A stretch of DNA of 60,157 nucleotides, the filler included, from Bilabrum cf. latius (Eukaryota): the NCBI GenBank assembly GCA_965178125.1. It is 3 parts of 3 records of this genome, joined end to end, with 100 filler letters (N's around TTAATTAATTAA, not from the genome) between each part and the next. Parts side by side here need not be neighbours in the genome. Positions count along the whole stretch, not along the records: positions 20,411 to 40,316 come from CBCXTV010000048.1; 2 more parts are not named here. One strand, 5' to 3'. Position numbers and translations under genes: made by a program. Position 1 is the first letter of the stretch. The number at the start of each line of letters is the position of its first letter. Of the stretch, positions 20,701 to 39,253 are shown in pieces. The notes beneath the pieces were generated by a model that worked only from the letters and a program-made list of their open reading frames with translations, was not told the origin of the DNA and ran no database searches.

Positions 20701-23700
20701 ATGAGGGGGCAAAGCGAAGACACGTGGCATCGGCTAGGCCGCAAGTGGCAGAGGTGCTTTCTGATTAGCACTGAGCGTCCGGAGCTAGGCAGTTGGATAG
20801 AAAGATGTCGGCTGCCGTTCCGTCTCGGTTGCATGGTCTGCCGCCACGCCGGCCTCCCCGGAAAATGGGCGCGGTGTGGGGTCGGCAGCGCTGATTACGA
20901 TCGCCAGCAAGGTTCGGTCCAGAAAGACAGCTTCGCCAAGCACGCACAGACGGAGTCGCACAAAAAGGCCGTGCAGGCATTGCTCGGGGAGAAGATATCG
21001 GCGAGAAGCGCCCCAAGCCCGGCGAACTTCTTAGACGTTCTGAAGGCTGTGCGCAGCGGTAACGCCTCTCGGCAAGCTGGCGTCCCCGGTGTGGGCGGCC
21101 GCAAGAAAGTGAAAGCCATGGTATACTGCCTAGCGGAAGCGCTGCGCGAGCGGGACCGGGCGATGTTGCGGCAAGCGGCCAGCATCACCCTCATGCAAGA
21201 CGCCCGAAAGGCACGGCTGCTAGTGCGGTTCAAGGCTTGCACCGCGGACCTGCGGCAGCACCGCGGGATCTTAGGCCAAGCGCAGTTGCGGAACATGGGG
21301 GCGACCGAGCTTACCGAGGCACGTGCCGGGGTGGGCGACAGGGGGCGGGGGGCGGGCAAGGCGCACGGGGGCCGGTACGGGCGGGACCGAGGCACAAGCC
21401 GGGGAGGGCGACAGGCGGGGCGGGGGGTGAACGGGCGGGCGGGCCGTACGGGCTGGGCGCGGGCAACGATGCGCCGAGGCGACGCTCGGCATCATCAAGG
21501 ATGCTTGTACGAAGTACCATGGCGTCCCCATGCGCCGGAGCTCGACGCCGGCCCCGAAAGTCGACGACAAGTTGCTACTCCACGTGGCAGACAAGATCGA
21601 GCACTTCGCCGCGGACGCCGCGAGCGACGAGCAGCTTGCAGGGAACCTCCTCCGCGCCCCCGAAGACCCGACCGTCAGGGAGAGTTGGGCGTTCTTGAGC
21701 AGCTTAAAAGTTGTGTCCCGCGACAGGGGCGCACGCGGCGAGGCGGTTGACCAAAAGGCCGTGGCAAGCTGACAAGTTCCTGAACGAGTGCATGCAGACC
21801 GTGATCCTGAGCAAGGGCAGCATCACGAGCATGATCGGCAATTCCACTGTCTTCCAAGGGTGGTTCAACAAGAGCGTTGAGAGGTCGCACACGTGCGTCA
21901 CCGACAACAAGCGCATCAAAGATCTTTCCTTCGGAAAGCACCGCTTTGACTCTTGCGCTCGCCCCACCGGTCGTTTCGTGCTGTTCTTCGAAGCAGTCGT
22001 AATGACGGCCGTGCAGATCGCGGATACCAGGCGCTATCTCAAGGAAGGCAAGCAGGCTTTGCGCTTTCTGGAGTGGGTCGACGAGGAGCGGCTCCTCCAG
22101 ATTGCCATGTTGGCAGACGGTGCGGACGAGGCACTCATGCATGTTCGACTGCTCGACAAAGAAGATGTCGACAACTCGCTCTTGCAAGAGGAGTGCAACC
22201 GCTTCCTCGAGCGCATCACCGCCTTGTTCGGACCGCAAGCAGAGTGCTGGCAGCTGGGTTACACCTTCCACATGCTGCGGCAATTGCAGCGCCCAGTGGT
22301 GGTGATGGTCGGCGGCGTTCCGAAAACCATCGGCGGGCCGACCACGGTGGATCCCGTGATCAAGCGCCGGTGCATCGACAGGACCTATGTTGATTGCATG
22401 CTTGATTGCATTTGGGCGGGTGGGCGGGCGGGAGGCCGGGCGGGCAAGACTGGCGGACGGGCGGGAAGGCCAGGGCGGGCGGGCAAGGCCGGTGGACGGG
22501 TCGGGCGGGAAGGCCGGGGCGGGCGTGCGGCCATCAACCCAGTCATCAACCCAGGATGCACTGTTGGTGCAAGCTCGTGAAGCTCGCCGTCGCGGCGGAA
22601 TTTCCGTCGTTCGATGTCTTGACTGCCTTCAGCTGCTTGAACGTTCAGGGGGATGCGGCTCGGCCAGCGCCGCAAGCGTCGGAGAGGAACCAACTTAGAC
22701 TGCTCGCCCACGCCTTGGGCTTGGACTACGCGGAGTTGCGCGAGGGGTACGAGGTTGTCAAGTCGGTCGCCATTATCAAACACCAGCGCAAGCAGCAACT
22801 CACCAACTTCGAAGCTTGGCGGGACGCCCTGGCCCACATCAAGAAGGCCAAGAAGTTCGACGGCCCCCTGCAGTCGGTGAATGTCGTGCTCGTGAGATTC
22901 GGTGCGTGGACAGCGTCCACCTCAGGCGTCGAGCACACCTTCTCCATGGTGCAGTGGTGCTTGGAGGGGCGGAAGGCTTGGATGTCTGCGGCGCTCGAGA
23001 ACAACGAGTTGAAAGTCTTGTGCGATCGCACGCCGGGGGACGACGACGAGGTCTTTCGCGCCGCCCAACGCATCTGGGTGGAAGTCGGCTATGGCCGGGC
23101 GCGCGGGGAACAGAAGGAGCGGAGGTTGGATGCGGGGTTGAAGCGCAAATGTGCAATCCAGGGCCGGTCGGAGGCCAAGTGGATCAAGAAGCGGCGCGCC
23201 GCTGTGGACACCTTGATGAAAGACGTCGCGGTCCGCCAAGATGCAGGGAAACACGTGGCGGAGCTTGGCGAGGGCGGCCGCGGGTGGACCGCATGCCACT
23301 CGAAGGAGAGCACCTTTCAGAAGGCCAAGGAGATGTCATACCTCGTGGACGCAGTGCTGGAAGGGTCGGTCAACCCGAAGTCGCTCGACCGCGACATGCT
23401 CGAGGTCATAGTGGAGGAGGTCGCCCGGAGACAAAATGCCGCGAAGCAAGCCGCTGCGGAGCGGCGCCGGAAACGTGTGCCCTTCCAAGACCCCAAGCGG
23501 GCGACGCTGGAGGGCGCCAAGGTTTTCATCGACCCCGAGGTGCAAATCACGGAGAAGCAACTCCGCGAATCACGCGTTGCGCACGGCTGGCAACGGGTGA
23601 CGGATCGCAGTCAAGCCACGATGTTCGTGGTGACGACGCCCGATGGCATGGGGCAGCGCACAGCCTGGTCCGCTGCGTTGCGCGGCGCGGTCGTGGCCAC

Positions 23701-24083
23701 AACCGAGTACTTGACCAGCAATGGCCAAGTCGGGGCCGCAGTCGCTTTCAAGCCGTCCGCTCGCATGCAAGTTGCCGTGCATTTCACCGGTGACTTTTGC
23801 GAGGCGCACCCGACCGTGTATAGCTTGTGCCGTGCGATCTGCACCCAGCCCACGGCACGCTGGCGGTGGCTGGAACACACCCAAGCCGTGCGTGACACTG
23901 CCGAGAAATGCCGCCGGTTAGGCAGGGGACGGCGAGCTCCTTGTGTTCGCGACCAAGGCCGAGCTCAAAGAGCGGGCTGAGGTCTTCGCCGACGTTAAGT
24001 ACATGCTGACCGTCGGCACCGCGCTTGTGTGGCTGAGCCGGATCGATAGGAGCCGGTGCGTCGCCGGTCTCTGCGGGTTTTGA
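20701..24083 (+). CDS. hAT-like DDE transposase with an N-terminal C2H2 (TTF/BED-like) zinc finger and a C-terminal BRCT-like domain; two introns
   Basis: Motifs are CMVC...HAQTESH, SITLMQD (D1), AADAASD (D2), RDxAH at the CxxH position, HRFDS at the RW.S position, and STSGVEHTFS (E, hAT dimerisation-like). Introns are 21319-21478 (GC-AG) and 22382-22554 (GA-AG). G-run frameshifts lie near 21728 and 23926. The protein ends ...VAGLCGF-TGA. Confidence 0.75.
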
Positions 24084-24445
24084 ATGGGGGTGGCGGCAAG
24101 TCATCTTGGCGCCGGCCAACGTCGGCATGGCCAGTGGGGCACGCGTGTGTCCGGGGTCGCATGCGTTTCGGCCACGCCGCGACGTTGCTTCCAAAATCAC
24201 ATTGTCCTTGCCGCACCATCATGGCAGCATGCATTGCGTGACCTTGCCGCTAACCACCATGCTTCTCCACGCCCCCAGCATGCGTCGTCGACATCCCTCA
24301 CGCTTATCTCTGATGCCAGGTGGTGTTGCACTCCGTCAAGCCGTTGATGCACATAAAGGCGCGCCCCTCTGGTGCGCAGTGCCCGAACCAAGCCGACCGT
24401 CGTCGCCTCATCGCATGCCCATGCGCAAGGCAGCGCTACCACGAA

Positions 24446-25410
24446 GGTAGCGCTACCGATTTGGGCACGGTAAGGCCGGCCAACCCAAACTCGGTAGCGC
24501 TACCGATTTTGGGCGCGATGTCGCCGCGAGCCCAAACTCGGTAGCGCTACCGATTTGGGGGCACGGTCAGGCCGGCCAGCCCAAACTCGGTAGCGCTACC
24601 GCGCCCAAACTCGGTAGCGCTACCGATTTGGGGCACGGTAAGGCCGGCCAACCCAAACTCGGTAGCGCTACCGATTTTGGGCGCGATGTCGCCGCGAGCC
24701 CAAACTCGGTAGCGCTACCGATTTGGGGGCACGGTCAGGCCGGCCAGCCCAAACTCGGTAGCGCTACCGCGCCCAAACTCGGTAGCGCTACCGATTTGGG
24801 GGCACGGTAAGGCCGGCCAACCCAAAACTCGGTAGCGCTACCGATTTTGGGCGCGATGTCGCCGCGAGCCCAAACTCGGTAGCGCTACCGATTTGGGGGC
24901 ACGGTCAGGCCGGCCAGCCCGAACTCGGTAGCGCTACCGCGCCCAAACTCGGTAGCGCTACCGATTTGGGGGCACGGTAAGGCCGGCCAACCCAAACTCG
25001 GTAGCGCTACCGATTTTGGGCGCGATGTCGCCGCGAGCCCAAACTCGGTAGCGCTACCGATGTGGGGGCACGGTCAGGCCGGCCAGCCCAAACTCGGTAG
25101 CGCTACCGCGCCCAAACTCGGTAGCGCTACCGATTTGGGGGCACGGTAAGGCCGGCCAACCCAAACTCGGTAGCGCTACCGATTTTGGGCGCGATGTCGC
25201 CGCGAGCCCAAACTCGGTAGCGCTACCGATGTGGGGGCACGGTCAGGCCGGCCAGCCCAAACTCGGTAGCGCTACCGATTTGCCGGGCGTGGTGGCGCCG
25301 CGAGCCCAAACTCGGTAGCGCTACCGATTTTGTAGGACAACGAACTCGGTAGCGCTACCGATTTGCCGGGGATGGTGGCGCCGCGAGCCCAAGCTCGGTA
25401 GCGCTACCGA
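24446..25410. repeat. Higher-order tandem array of a palindrome: 23 copies of GGTAGCGCTACC in ~169-bp four-subunit units
   Basis: The core TCGGTAGCGCTACCGA sits within CCCAAAC...TTTGGG. Units start near 24446, 24613, 24781, 24951 and 25120, and the linkers recur cyclically. Confidence 0.95.
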
Positions 25411-25854
25411 CTTGCCCAAGAGCAAATTTTCAAGAAACGCTATATCCCGCCAAGGGGGGTCTGTTTAAAATTAGCCCGAATTGAGGGGACATTTTAAACA
25501 GGACCATGCGCTACCGATTGTTTAAATCAGCCCGCCTTTTTTTTGCGAAATGCTCGCTTGGGCCTGTTTAAATTCGCCCGAATTTTAAACAGCCTCCGGA
25601 GGGCATTTCGCATAAAAGGCAGGCCATTTTCAACCGTCGGTTGCGCATTGCCCTGTTTAAAATCGGCCCATTTTGGGGGGGTAATTTTAAACAGGAGGGC
25701 CCTTGCGGGAAATAAGGATTCTGGCGATTTTCGGGGAGCACACCAATTTTCAAGAATCCGCGCCTTTCCGACCCCGAGGTCCATGAGCCGCCGAAGCAGT
25801 CTTGTTGTCAAAAGTCGCCGCCAGCCTTCTTTTCCCCTTCGTCGGCCGATTCCC

Positions 25855-31852
<5,998 letters not shown>

Positions 31853-31873
<21 letters not shown>

Positions 31874-32315
31874 TGACGCCGCGTTGGAGCTGCGTGATTT
31901 GGTTCCTTGCGCCATCGCAGGACACATTGAATATTGCGCTCTGGCGTAGCGCTTACTAGGTCAGCTTCGACCGACTTGGTTCCTTGCGCCATCGCAGGAC
32001 ACATGACGACTCCAATGACGACTAGTGACGCAGCGTTGGAGCTGCGTGATTTGGTTCCTTGCGCCATCGCAGGACACATTGAATATTGTGCTCTGCGGCC
32101 CGGCCGGGCGAGCCTCCCGCTATGCGTAGCGCTTACTAGGTCAGCTTCGACCGACTTGGTTCCTTGCGCCATCGCAGGACACATGACGACTCCAATGACG
32201 ACTAGTGACGCAGCGTTGGAGCTGCGTGATTTGGTTCCTTGCGCCATCGCAGGACACATTGAATATTGTGCTCTGCGGCCCGGCCGGGCGAGCCTCCCGC
32301 TAGGTCGGGTTCGAC
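31853..32315 (+). repeat. Tandem repeat with a ~180-bp period that duplicates the stop-codon region of the upstream gene
   Basis: GACGACTCCAATGACGACTAGTGACG... occurs three times, and the blocks at 31981 and 32161 are identical. Part of the unit recurs at ~34478-34533. Confidence 0.9.
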
Positions 32316-32926
32316 CGACTTGCCCGGCTGGCTGCGCACCGTAAATGGCGCAATTCCCGCGCTGGCATTGAGCACCCTGAACTCATGCGCTGCCTGCAGG
32401 GTCGTCGCCAAGTCCGTTGCTCACCGATCTTGCATTTCCCCACCGCCAAGCCACGGTTGCCACTCGTGTCCCCTTCCCGCCGACCACACCATGTTGCCCA
32501 CCGCCCTTGCCACTCGGTTCCCGCCGACCACACTTGCAACCCGACCTTTGGTGTCCTTGCCCTTGCCCACGCCATGCTTGCCACTCGTGCCCCCTTCCCG
32601 CCGACCACAATTGCAGCCCATCTTCACTCTTCCCCCCCCCCCCCCCCATGGCATGCTTGTCAGTCGCGCCCCCCTCCCGCCGACCACACTTGCAACCCAT
32701 CTTCACTGTTCTTGCCATTGCGCCCCCCCCCCATGCCACGTTTGTCACTCGTGCCCCCCTCCCGCCGACCACACTTGCAACCCATCTTCACCACCCTTAT
32801 TATCTGTGACAAACTTGCGCTGGCGCCTCATGCTTCTCCTTGTGGAGCCTTTGCCTTATGTAATTTGCAGAAACTTTTTTGTCCGAGCAAGGATCGAGTC
32901 CTCGACTCCTCCCTGGTCGTTGTCCG

Positions 32927-34405
32927 ATGGCCAAAACAGGAGGCCGCCGGAAGGCAAAGCCTTCCAGAAGGAAGGCCCCCGTGGAGTGGGGGTCAGAAAA
33001 AGTCGGCCGGTTGCGGCACGAGCCTTCGGCTCTGAAAGCGGCCTCCCTGAAATAATTTGTCCTTGAGCTTGCTTTGGTTTGGGATCCAAGTAGATTCGAT
33101 TGCGCGCATTTCAGTCTACCTCGGCGCGTTTCCTTCGGTCCACATCCGAATTGATACGGCGCGCAATTGGCCCATTGCCCTTCACCAGGTCACCATTGGC
33201 ACAGCTTTCAGTGGCATGGAGACTTGCATCATGGCCATGCGGCACTTGGGGGTCAAGCTTGACCATCTGTGGAGCATCGAGAAGGACCCATCATGTCGCA
33301 AGGTGATCAAGCAAAACTTCCAGCCGAAGTTGCTGTACAAGGACGCGGAGAAAGTCAATGCGAAGAAGTTGGCCCCGTGCGACGTCTATGTTGCAGGCTT
33401 CCCATGCCAGGCATTTTCAAGCGCAGGCCGCCGCCTAGGTCAACAAGACAGACGTGGCGACATGTTCAAATATTGCCTGGCGCACATTGCGCATACGAAG
33501 CCCACAGTGTTCATCTTGGAGAACGTGGCGCGGCTCGCGACGGACAAGAACTTCACGGGCTTCTTTCAGCAGATCATCTCTGACTTGGAGGAGATCAACA
33601 GCAGGGCCTTCGTCGTCCACCATGCCCTCCTAGACACGCAGCAGCATGGCATCCCGCAGCACAGGGAGAGGGTATACATCGTCGGTATCGCCAAGGTCGC
33701 CGCCAAGGCCAGTCCGTACAAGTTCAGCTTTCCCGAGCCGTTGGGTGGGTGCCTCCGCCTGGAGGACATCATCAACACCACGATGAAGGGTTCGACGGAG
33801 ATTCCCGGCTCCCCCATGGAGATTCGCAACTTGATGAAGGCATTTCGCAGGATGAAGAATGCGAAGGTCAACCCGCTTAGAACTCTCTGCTTGGTCGATT
33901 TAGGGGTTAGCCGGTCGCGGGAGCCTGCTTGGTCGAACACAAGGTGCCCATGTCTCACACGCGGGCGCGCTGGGAGTCAAAGTCTGTGGATCACGACGCT
34001 CCACCGGAAGGTCACGTTGGAGGAGATGATGCTGTTTCAGGGCTTGGACACGAGCCTGAATCGGAAAGGCGTGTCCGACCGGCAGCTCGGCAGCATGGTT
34101 GTTTTTTGGCGGGGGGGGGGGCGGGGGTCTTAGCCACAATTGGCCAAACCCGCCTTCACATCGACATGCGAAACGCCGTCCACAAGAATGTGTTTCGGAA
34201 TCATCGCGCAGTCGCATAGCTCCAGGTGACAAGCTTCTGGCGCTTCAGGAGATCGCGTAAACTTCTTCGGCCGTTCCACCGCCTCCCCACCCCCTCGCAC
34301 ACGCAGGTAGGGAACGCGATGAGCGGGAACATCATCGCTCGCGTCCTGTCGAAGGCCTTGACCGCCGGGGGGTTGGCCAAGGACTTGAACGACCCGTGGG
34401 CGTGA
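32927..34405 (+). CDS. Dcm-like DNA (cytosine-5)-methyltransferase, apparently intact
   Basis: Motif I GTAFSGM, II SIEKD, IV AGFPCQAFS, VI ILENV, VIII PQHRERVYIVG, TRD CPCLT, IX RKVTLEEMMLFQG. Motif X VGNAMS follows intron 34098-34306. The main exon is 33189-34097; the first exon from ATG 32927 is inferred. Confidence 0.92.
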
Positions 34406-35614
34406 GCGCTGTACGGCCTTGCCTGCGTTCGCGCTTCGCCTGTGACCAGCGCATGCGTTCGGTGCTGTGGAAAGGGCTGCGTGATTTGGTTCCTTGCGCC
34501 ATCGCAGGACACATTGAATATTGTGCTCTGCGGACCGTACCCGTGGGCGTGAGGCTGTGCTGTCGGAAGTCGATCCTCAGAGTGACCAGCGCATGCGTTC
34601 GCGCTTCGCCTGTGCGCAACCTTGCGCTCGAAGTCCCGCCAACCCGACTTGTGCATCGTCTCTCCCGGTGGCTTCTTGCACCATTGACGCCGGCAATCGA
34701 TGTGATGCATATTTGTCCCCTCTCGTCTGTGCCCTGTCGCCCGCAGCGCGATCAACTTTGCACCCGCTGAGCACACATTGCACGGCTCGCTTTTCCTGTG
34801 CCCTACGGGCAACCTTCGCCCGCCGCCTAAATCCGCGCCCATCCGTGCCCGCCCGCCTGCCCGCTTGCCCGGCGACGCTTGCTTGCTTGCGCTGTCCCGC
34901 GTGCCCGGTTTCGCGCTCTCCCAGCCGCGGTGCCTTGGCCGGGGATTGTGCTATGGATCGGGGAGCCTGGCCGGCCGGGGCGGAACTGCAGTGGGGGGCA
35001 TTGCCGCGCCAATCTCTTGTGTCTTCACTATTTCACGTCCCCGAGCTCTCACCGAAGTCTTAGACCCTCCCCTCCCCAAGTTGCGCTTGAAGGGCTCCGA
35101 GCTTCACATACATGTCACTGCGATTATCAATGGATGCCGGGGGCCCGAAAAAGGACGAAAGCTTGAGCAGAAGGCCGATTTCAGCCATGGGTGATTATGG
35201 TGCCTCCGAGGACTCCGCGGGCATCGGCGTTGAAATCTTGGACCCCTCGAATCCCCAGTCGATGAGCCCTTTGCTTCGTGCGCCCGCTTACTGCGGTGAC
35301 TCAAGGAAATAGGCGATTGCTGTGTGGCCGGGACGGTGGACACGTGTTGCAATATGTGGCATAGCGGCGCAATGGTGGCGGTGGGTTCGGCGTGCGTTGC
35401 CAGGCTGCCAAAAGCCGACGTCATTGTTGGGCGCTTTCCTCGAGCACCCGCCGCAGGACCGCTCCCGCCAGCCCAGCTCGCTCGGGGCTTGGCTCTGACA
35501 ATGTCGGAGGCCTTGCCGACTGGTACTCGCCCATCCCGCTCCACGCCTCTTCCACATCGAAGCCATGCTCGCGCTTTCTATCCACAAGTCCCACTCGATG
35601 ACTCTGCCTCCCAA

Positions 35615-35880
35615 TATGTACTTCCTGCTACTACGACTACTACTCATGTGTTCGTACTAGCGCGCTTCATGGACCGGTTGCCTTGGTTTTGCAAGTATGA
35701 CTATGGTTAGACTTACAGATATCATTACTCGTACTACCGATGGTCTATGTACGCAGTACGACTACTCCTGGTCTATGTACGCAGTACTACTACTCCTGGT
35801 CTATGTACGCAGTACGACTACTCATGGACTCCGCCTCTTACCCCTGGTCTATGTACGCAGTACGACTACTCCTAGCCTTG
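35615..35880. repeat. Short degenerate repeat (CTGGTCTATGTACGCAGTACGACTACT, about 4 copies)
   Basis: Directly visible in a lower-GC region. Confidence 0.75.
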
Positions 35881-37347
35881 CTTTTCTGAATACTATTAAC
35901 TATTGGTTGTAGTATGTGCGGCTCACTTTTGTTGTACCCCCCCTTTTTTCTTTACCCCTGCTTCTGCCATACTCATACTCTCACAATAGCTATGAATCAT
36001 GTACGCTGTACGACTACTCCCACTTTTGCTATTCCGAGTGCTACCAAGTACAATTTGACCATCTACGGCTTGTCATTGTTGCGCCTACCCATCTTGCCCT
36101 TGCTTGCTTCAGCTACTAGTGCCACTAAACTTGCGAATGCCAGAAACTTCCGCCGGCGCCATGTCTGCTTTTGTTTCTCGTTTGGTTATTGCTAGCCTTT
36201 GTGGGGCCACAACATGTACCAAGCTCCTCTTGCATCACGACTACTCCTTCTTTCGTGTACTAACATGTCGCACTAGACGCTTTATTGAATGAGTCTGTCA
36301 CGTTCAGGAATACCTGTCCTCTCGCGCACTGAAACTCTCCACCACCCTCCCACCTTGTTGTGGTCCTTGCTGTCCTTGCATTGTGCCAGCTTGCATTGCA
36401 CTATGGTCCGCCAAGGATGGGCAAAATCCGGCGCCCACTCCCGCGCTATTAAGATCTTCAGCCAACGGGCCAAGATCCGGAAGTCCGGCCCAATAAAAAA
36501 AAACCGACAAATCGGCCGAAATCGGCCAAGATCGGCTGAATAGGTGGGAATCATGCAAGACACCCATGACAAATCTGTCAGAATTTAGCGAGTTCGAGAA
36601 GTCGGCAAGCTCGACTACGAGTCCCCATGAGAGAACTTACCATACTCAGATTTTCGCCGAGACTGTGCGCAAGCGGCTTGCCAAGCTTTAGCGGCAGATG
36701 CGGGCGTCCATTGACCAGCGAGGGCCAAGGTCTGGATGTGTGTGTGTGTGTGTGTGTGTTTTTTTGGGGGGGGGGGGGGGGGGGGGGGGCAGCAGCATAT
36801 GCGCAAATTTTCTCCGCCCATGAATGAGTGTAGTCCGCAACTAACTGAAAGAAAAGGCAGGTACTGAAATCCGCAGCGGCCGGCTGGTATGTGCCGGAAT
36901 CTGGAATATAGCCACTGAGATATGTGCGTCGTTGGGAAGGCTCTGCCGAACATCGGCAAGATTCGGGCGGGCGGGGCGCGCATGGCGCCATGGCCGGCCG
37001 CCCGAACCGTCTTCGCCGTTGTGCGCGCATGGCGCCATGGCGGCTTCGAGTTCCTCGGGAAGTGCGGGTGTCTTTGCGTCATCGCAGGACACATGGCGGC
37101 CCGCCACGAAGAACGATGCTTTCGCAGAGGAATGCGGCGCCGACTTGCACCTGTTGCCGCGGACTTCTTGGCGCAGTGCACCCAGTGGCGGACGGTCTGG
37201 TTGGACTAGAAGGCGTTTTGTTGGCGAGTGGAAGCCGTTGTTCCCCGAGACGCCGGGATCCGGCGCAAGTTCCGGGAGTCTTGTGGGTTGCGCACTGTAT
37301 GTTCTGGGCATTCTCGTGGCTTGGTTGGCCAGAGGGTTTGCATGAAT

Positions 37348-38380
37348 ATGGCGAAGACATGGAAGACATGGCAAAGACGTGGCAAAGACATGGCAAAGCC
37401 TTTGCCATGTCTTTGCCATGTCTTTGCCATGTCTTTGCCATGCCTTTGCCACGTCCTTGCCATGTCTTGGCCATGTCTTAGACATGGCAAGGACATGGCA
37501 AGGACATGGCAAAGACATGGCAAAGACATGGCAAAGACATGGGAAGGACATGGCAAGTGGCAAGGACATGGGAAAGACATGGGAAATACATGGCAAAGAC
37601 ACGGCAAAGACATGGCAAAGACATGGCAAAGACATGGCAAAGACATGGCAAGAACATGGCAAGACATGGCAAAGACTTGGCAAAGGCATGGCAAAGACAT
37701 GGCAAAGCCATGGCAAAGACATGGCAAAGCCTTTGTTATGTCTTTGCCATGTCTTTGCCATGTCTTTGCCATGTCTTTGCCATGTCCTTGCCATGTCTCA
37801 GACATGGCAAAGACACGGCAAAGACATGGCAAAGACATGGCAAAGACATGGCAAAGACATGGCAAGAACATGGCAAGGACATGGCAAGGACATGGCAAAG
37901 ACATGGCAAAGACATGACAAAGACATGGGAAGGACATGGCAAGGACATGGCAAAGACATGGCAAAGACATGGCAAGAACATGGCAAGGACATGGCAAGGA
38001 CATGGCAAATACATGGCAAAGACATGACAAAGACATGGGAAGGACATGGCAAGGACATGGCAAAGACACGGCAAAGACATGGCAAAGACATGGCAAAGGC
38101 ATGGCAAAGACATGGCAAGAACATGGCAAGAACATGGCAAGGACATGGCAAGGACATGGCAAAGACATGGCAAAGACATGACAAAGACATGGGAAGGACA
38201 TGGCAAGGACATGGCAAAGACATGGCCCCGACATGGCTTCGCCGTTTCCTTTGCCATGTCTTTGCCATGTCTTTGCCATGCCTTTGCCATGTCTTTGCCA
38301 TGTCCTTGCCATGTCCTTGCCATGTCTTTGCCATGTCTTTGCCATGTCTTTGCTATGTCTTTGCCATGGTTTGCTATGTC
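37348..38380. repeat. 11-bp satellite (CATGGCAAAGA) in six alternating-orientation blocks
   Basis: Orientation switches near 37399, 37479, 37730, 37799 and 38240. The satellite produces the spurious MAKTWQRHGKD and CLCHVFAMSLP ORFs. Confidence 0.95.
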
Positions 38381-38685
38381 TTAGCCTTCTGCCATTGTTT
38401 CTGCGCGTTCCGTGCTCGGCCCTACCAGATGGAAACGGCGGGCGTGGCTGGGCTTGTCATCATGAGAAGCAAACCCACACGCCGGACCTTGCAACGAGAG
38501 CCCACTCTTTCACCTGAGGCTACCTTCGAGACCGAGGGGGTCGACAAATACCACCAAGATTTCCGGAGACAGGAGCAAGTTCAAGGTCGGTCACAACAAG
38601 CAGTCAGAGGGCGTTCGGCCAGTGGGAGCCTCCCAAGAACGACTTCGTTGTCGCCAATTGCCATGTGGGCCTCTGGAGTCTAACT

Positions 38686-39253
38686 ATGGCATGGGGCGAC
38701 CAGGTGCCTCGGGCCCAGGTGGCCCAGATGATGCCCCTGCGGCATCGCGGGGCAGGCTCGGGCCGAGACGCCGCAGACGAGTCAGGGGCGGAGGGCAAAG
38801 TTCGGCAAAAGGCGATGCGTATCCTCGACTGGCTGCATGGGCGCAGGGCGCGGATGCAGGAGGTGGAGTTGCAGAAGCAGTTCGCGCAGAACGACGATGC
38901 AGCGGAGCTGGAGCGGCGGTGTACGGCGTTGCTGGTGGAGAAGGTCGTTGTGGATGAGAAGATCGCCCGCTTGCGCGCATTGATGAATGCGGGGAACAAA
39001 GCCTCGGAGGATGTCGCGAAGCAGTGCGCGGATATCGGCCTGCCCGCGCGCGCCCACTCGGAGGCCGTAGGGCAGAAGCTGGAGGCGGCGACGGTTACGG
39101 CGCAAGCTACGGCGCAAGCAGCCGCTCGCCAAAGGGCAGCGCAGGAGGCGATGATCGCGGACGTTAAGTACATGCTGACCGTCAGGCACCGCGCTTGTGT
39201 GGCTGAGCCGGATCGATAGGAGCCGGTGCGTCGCCGGTCTCTGCGGGTTTTGA
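38686..39253 (+). pseudogene. Coiled-coil ORF fragment fused to a copy of the transposase 3' end
   Basis: ORF 38665-39219 is coiled-coil-like. Bases 39160-39291 duplicate 23991-24121. Confidence 0.45.

Noticed and set aside
24446-25410. CRISPR array
   Set aside because: The linkers repeat cyclically instead of being unique spacers, no cas genes were recognised, and the context is eukaryotic.
33057-34133. Bacterial contaminant restriction-modification system
   Set aside because: Motif X lies beyond a spliceosomal intron, and the neighbouring genes have dinoflagellate-type introns.
37206-38683. Long repetitive ORFs (MAKTWQRHGKD / CLCHVFAMSLP)
   Set aside because: They are translations of a stop-poor 11-bp satellite that is open in several frames.
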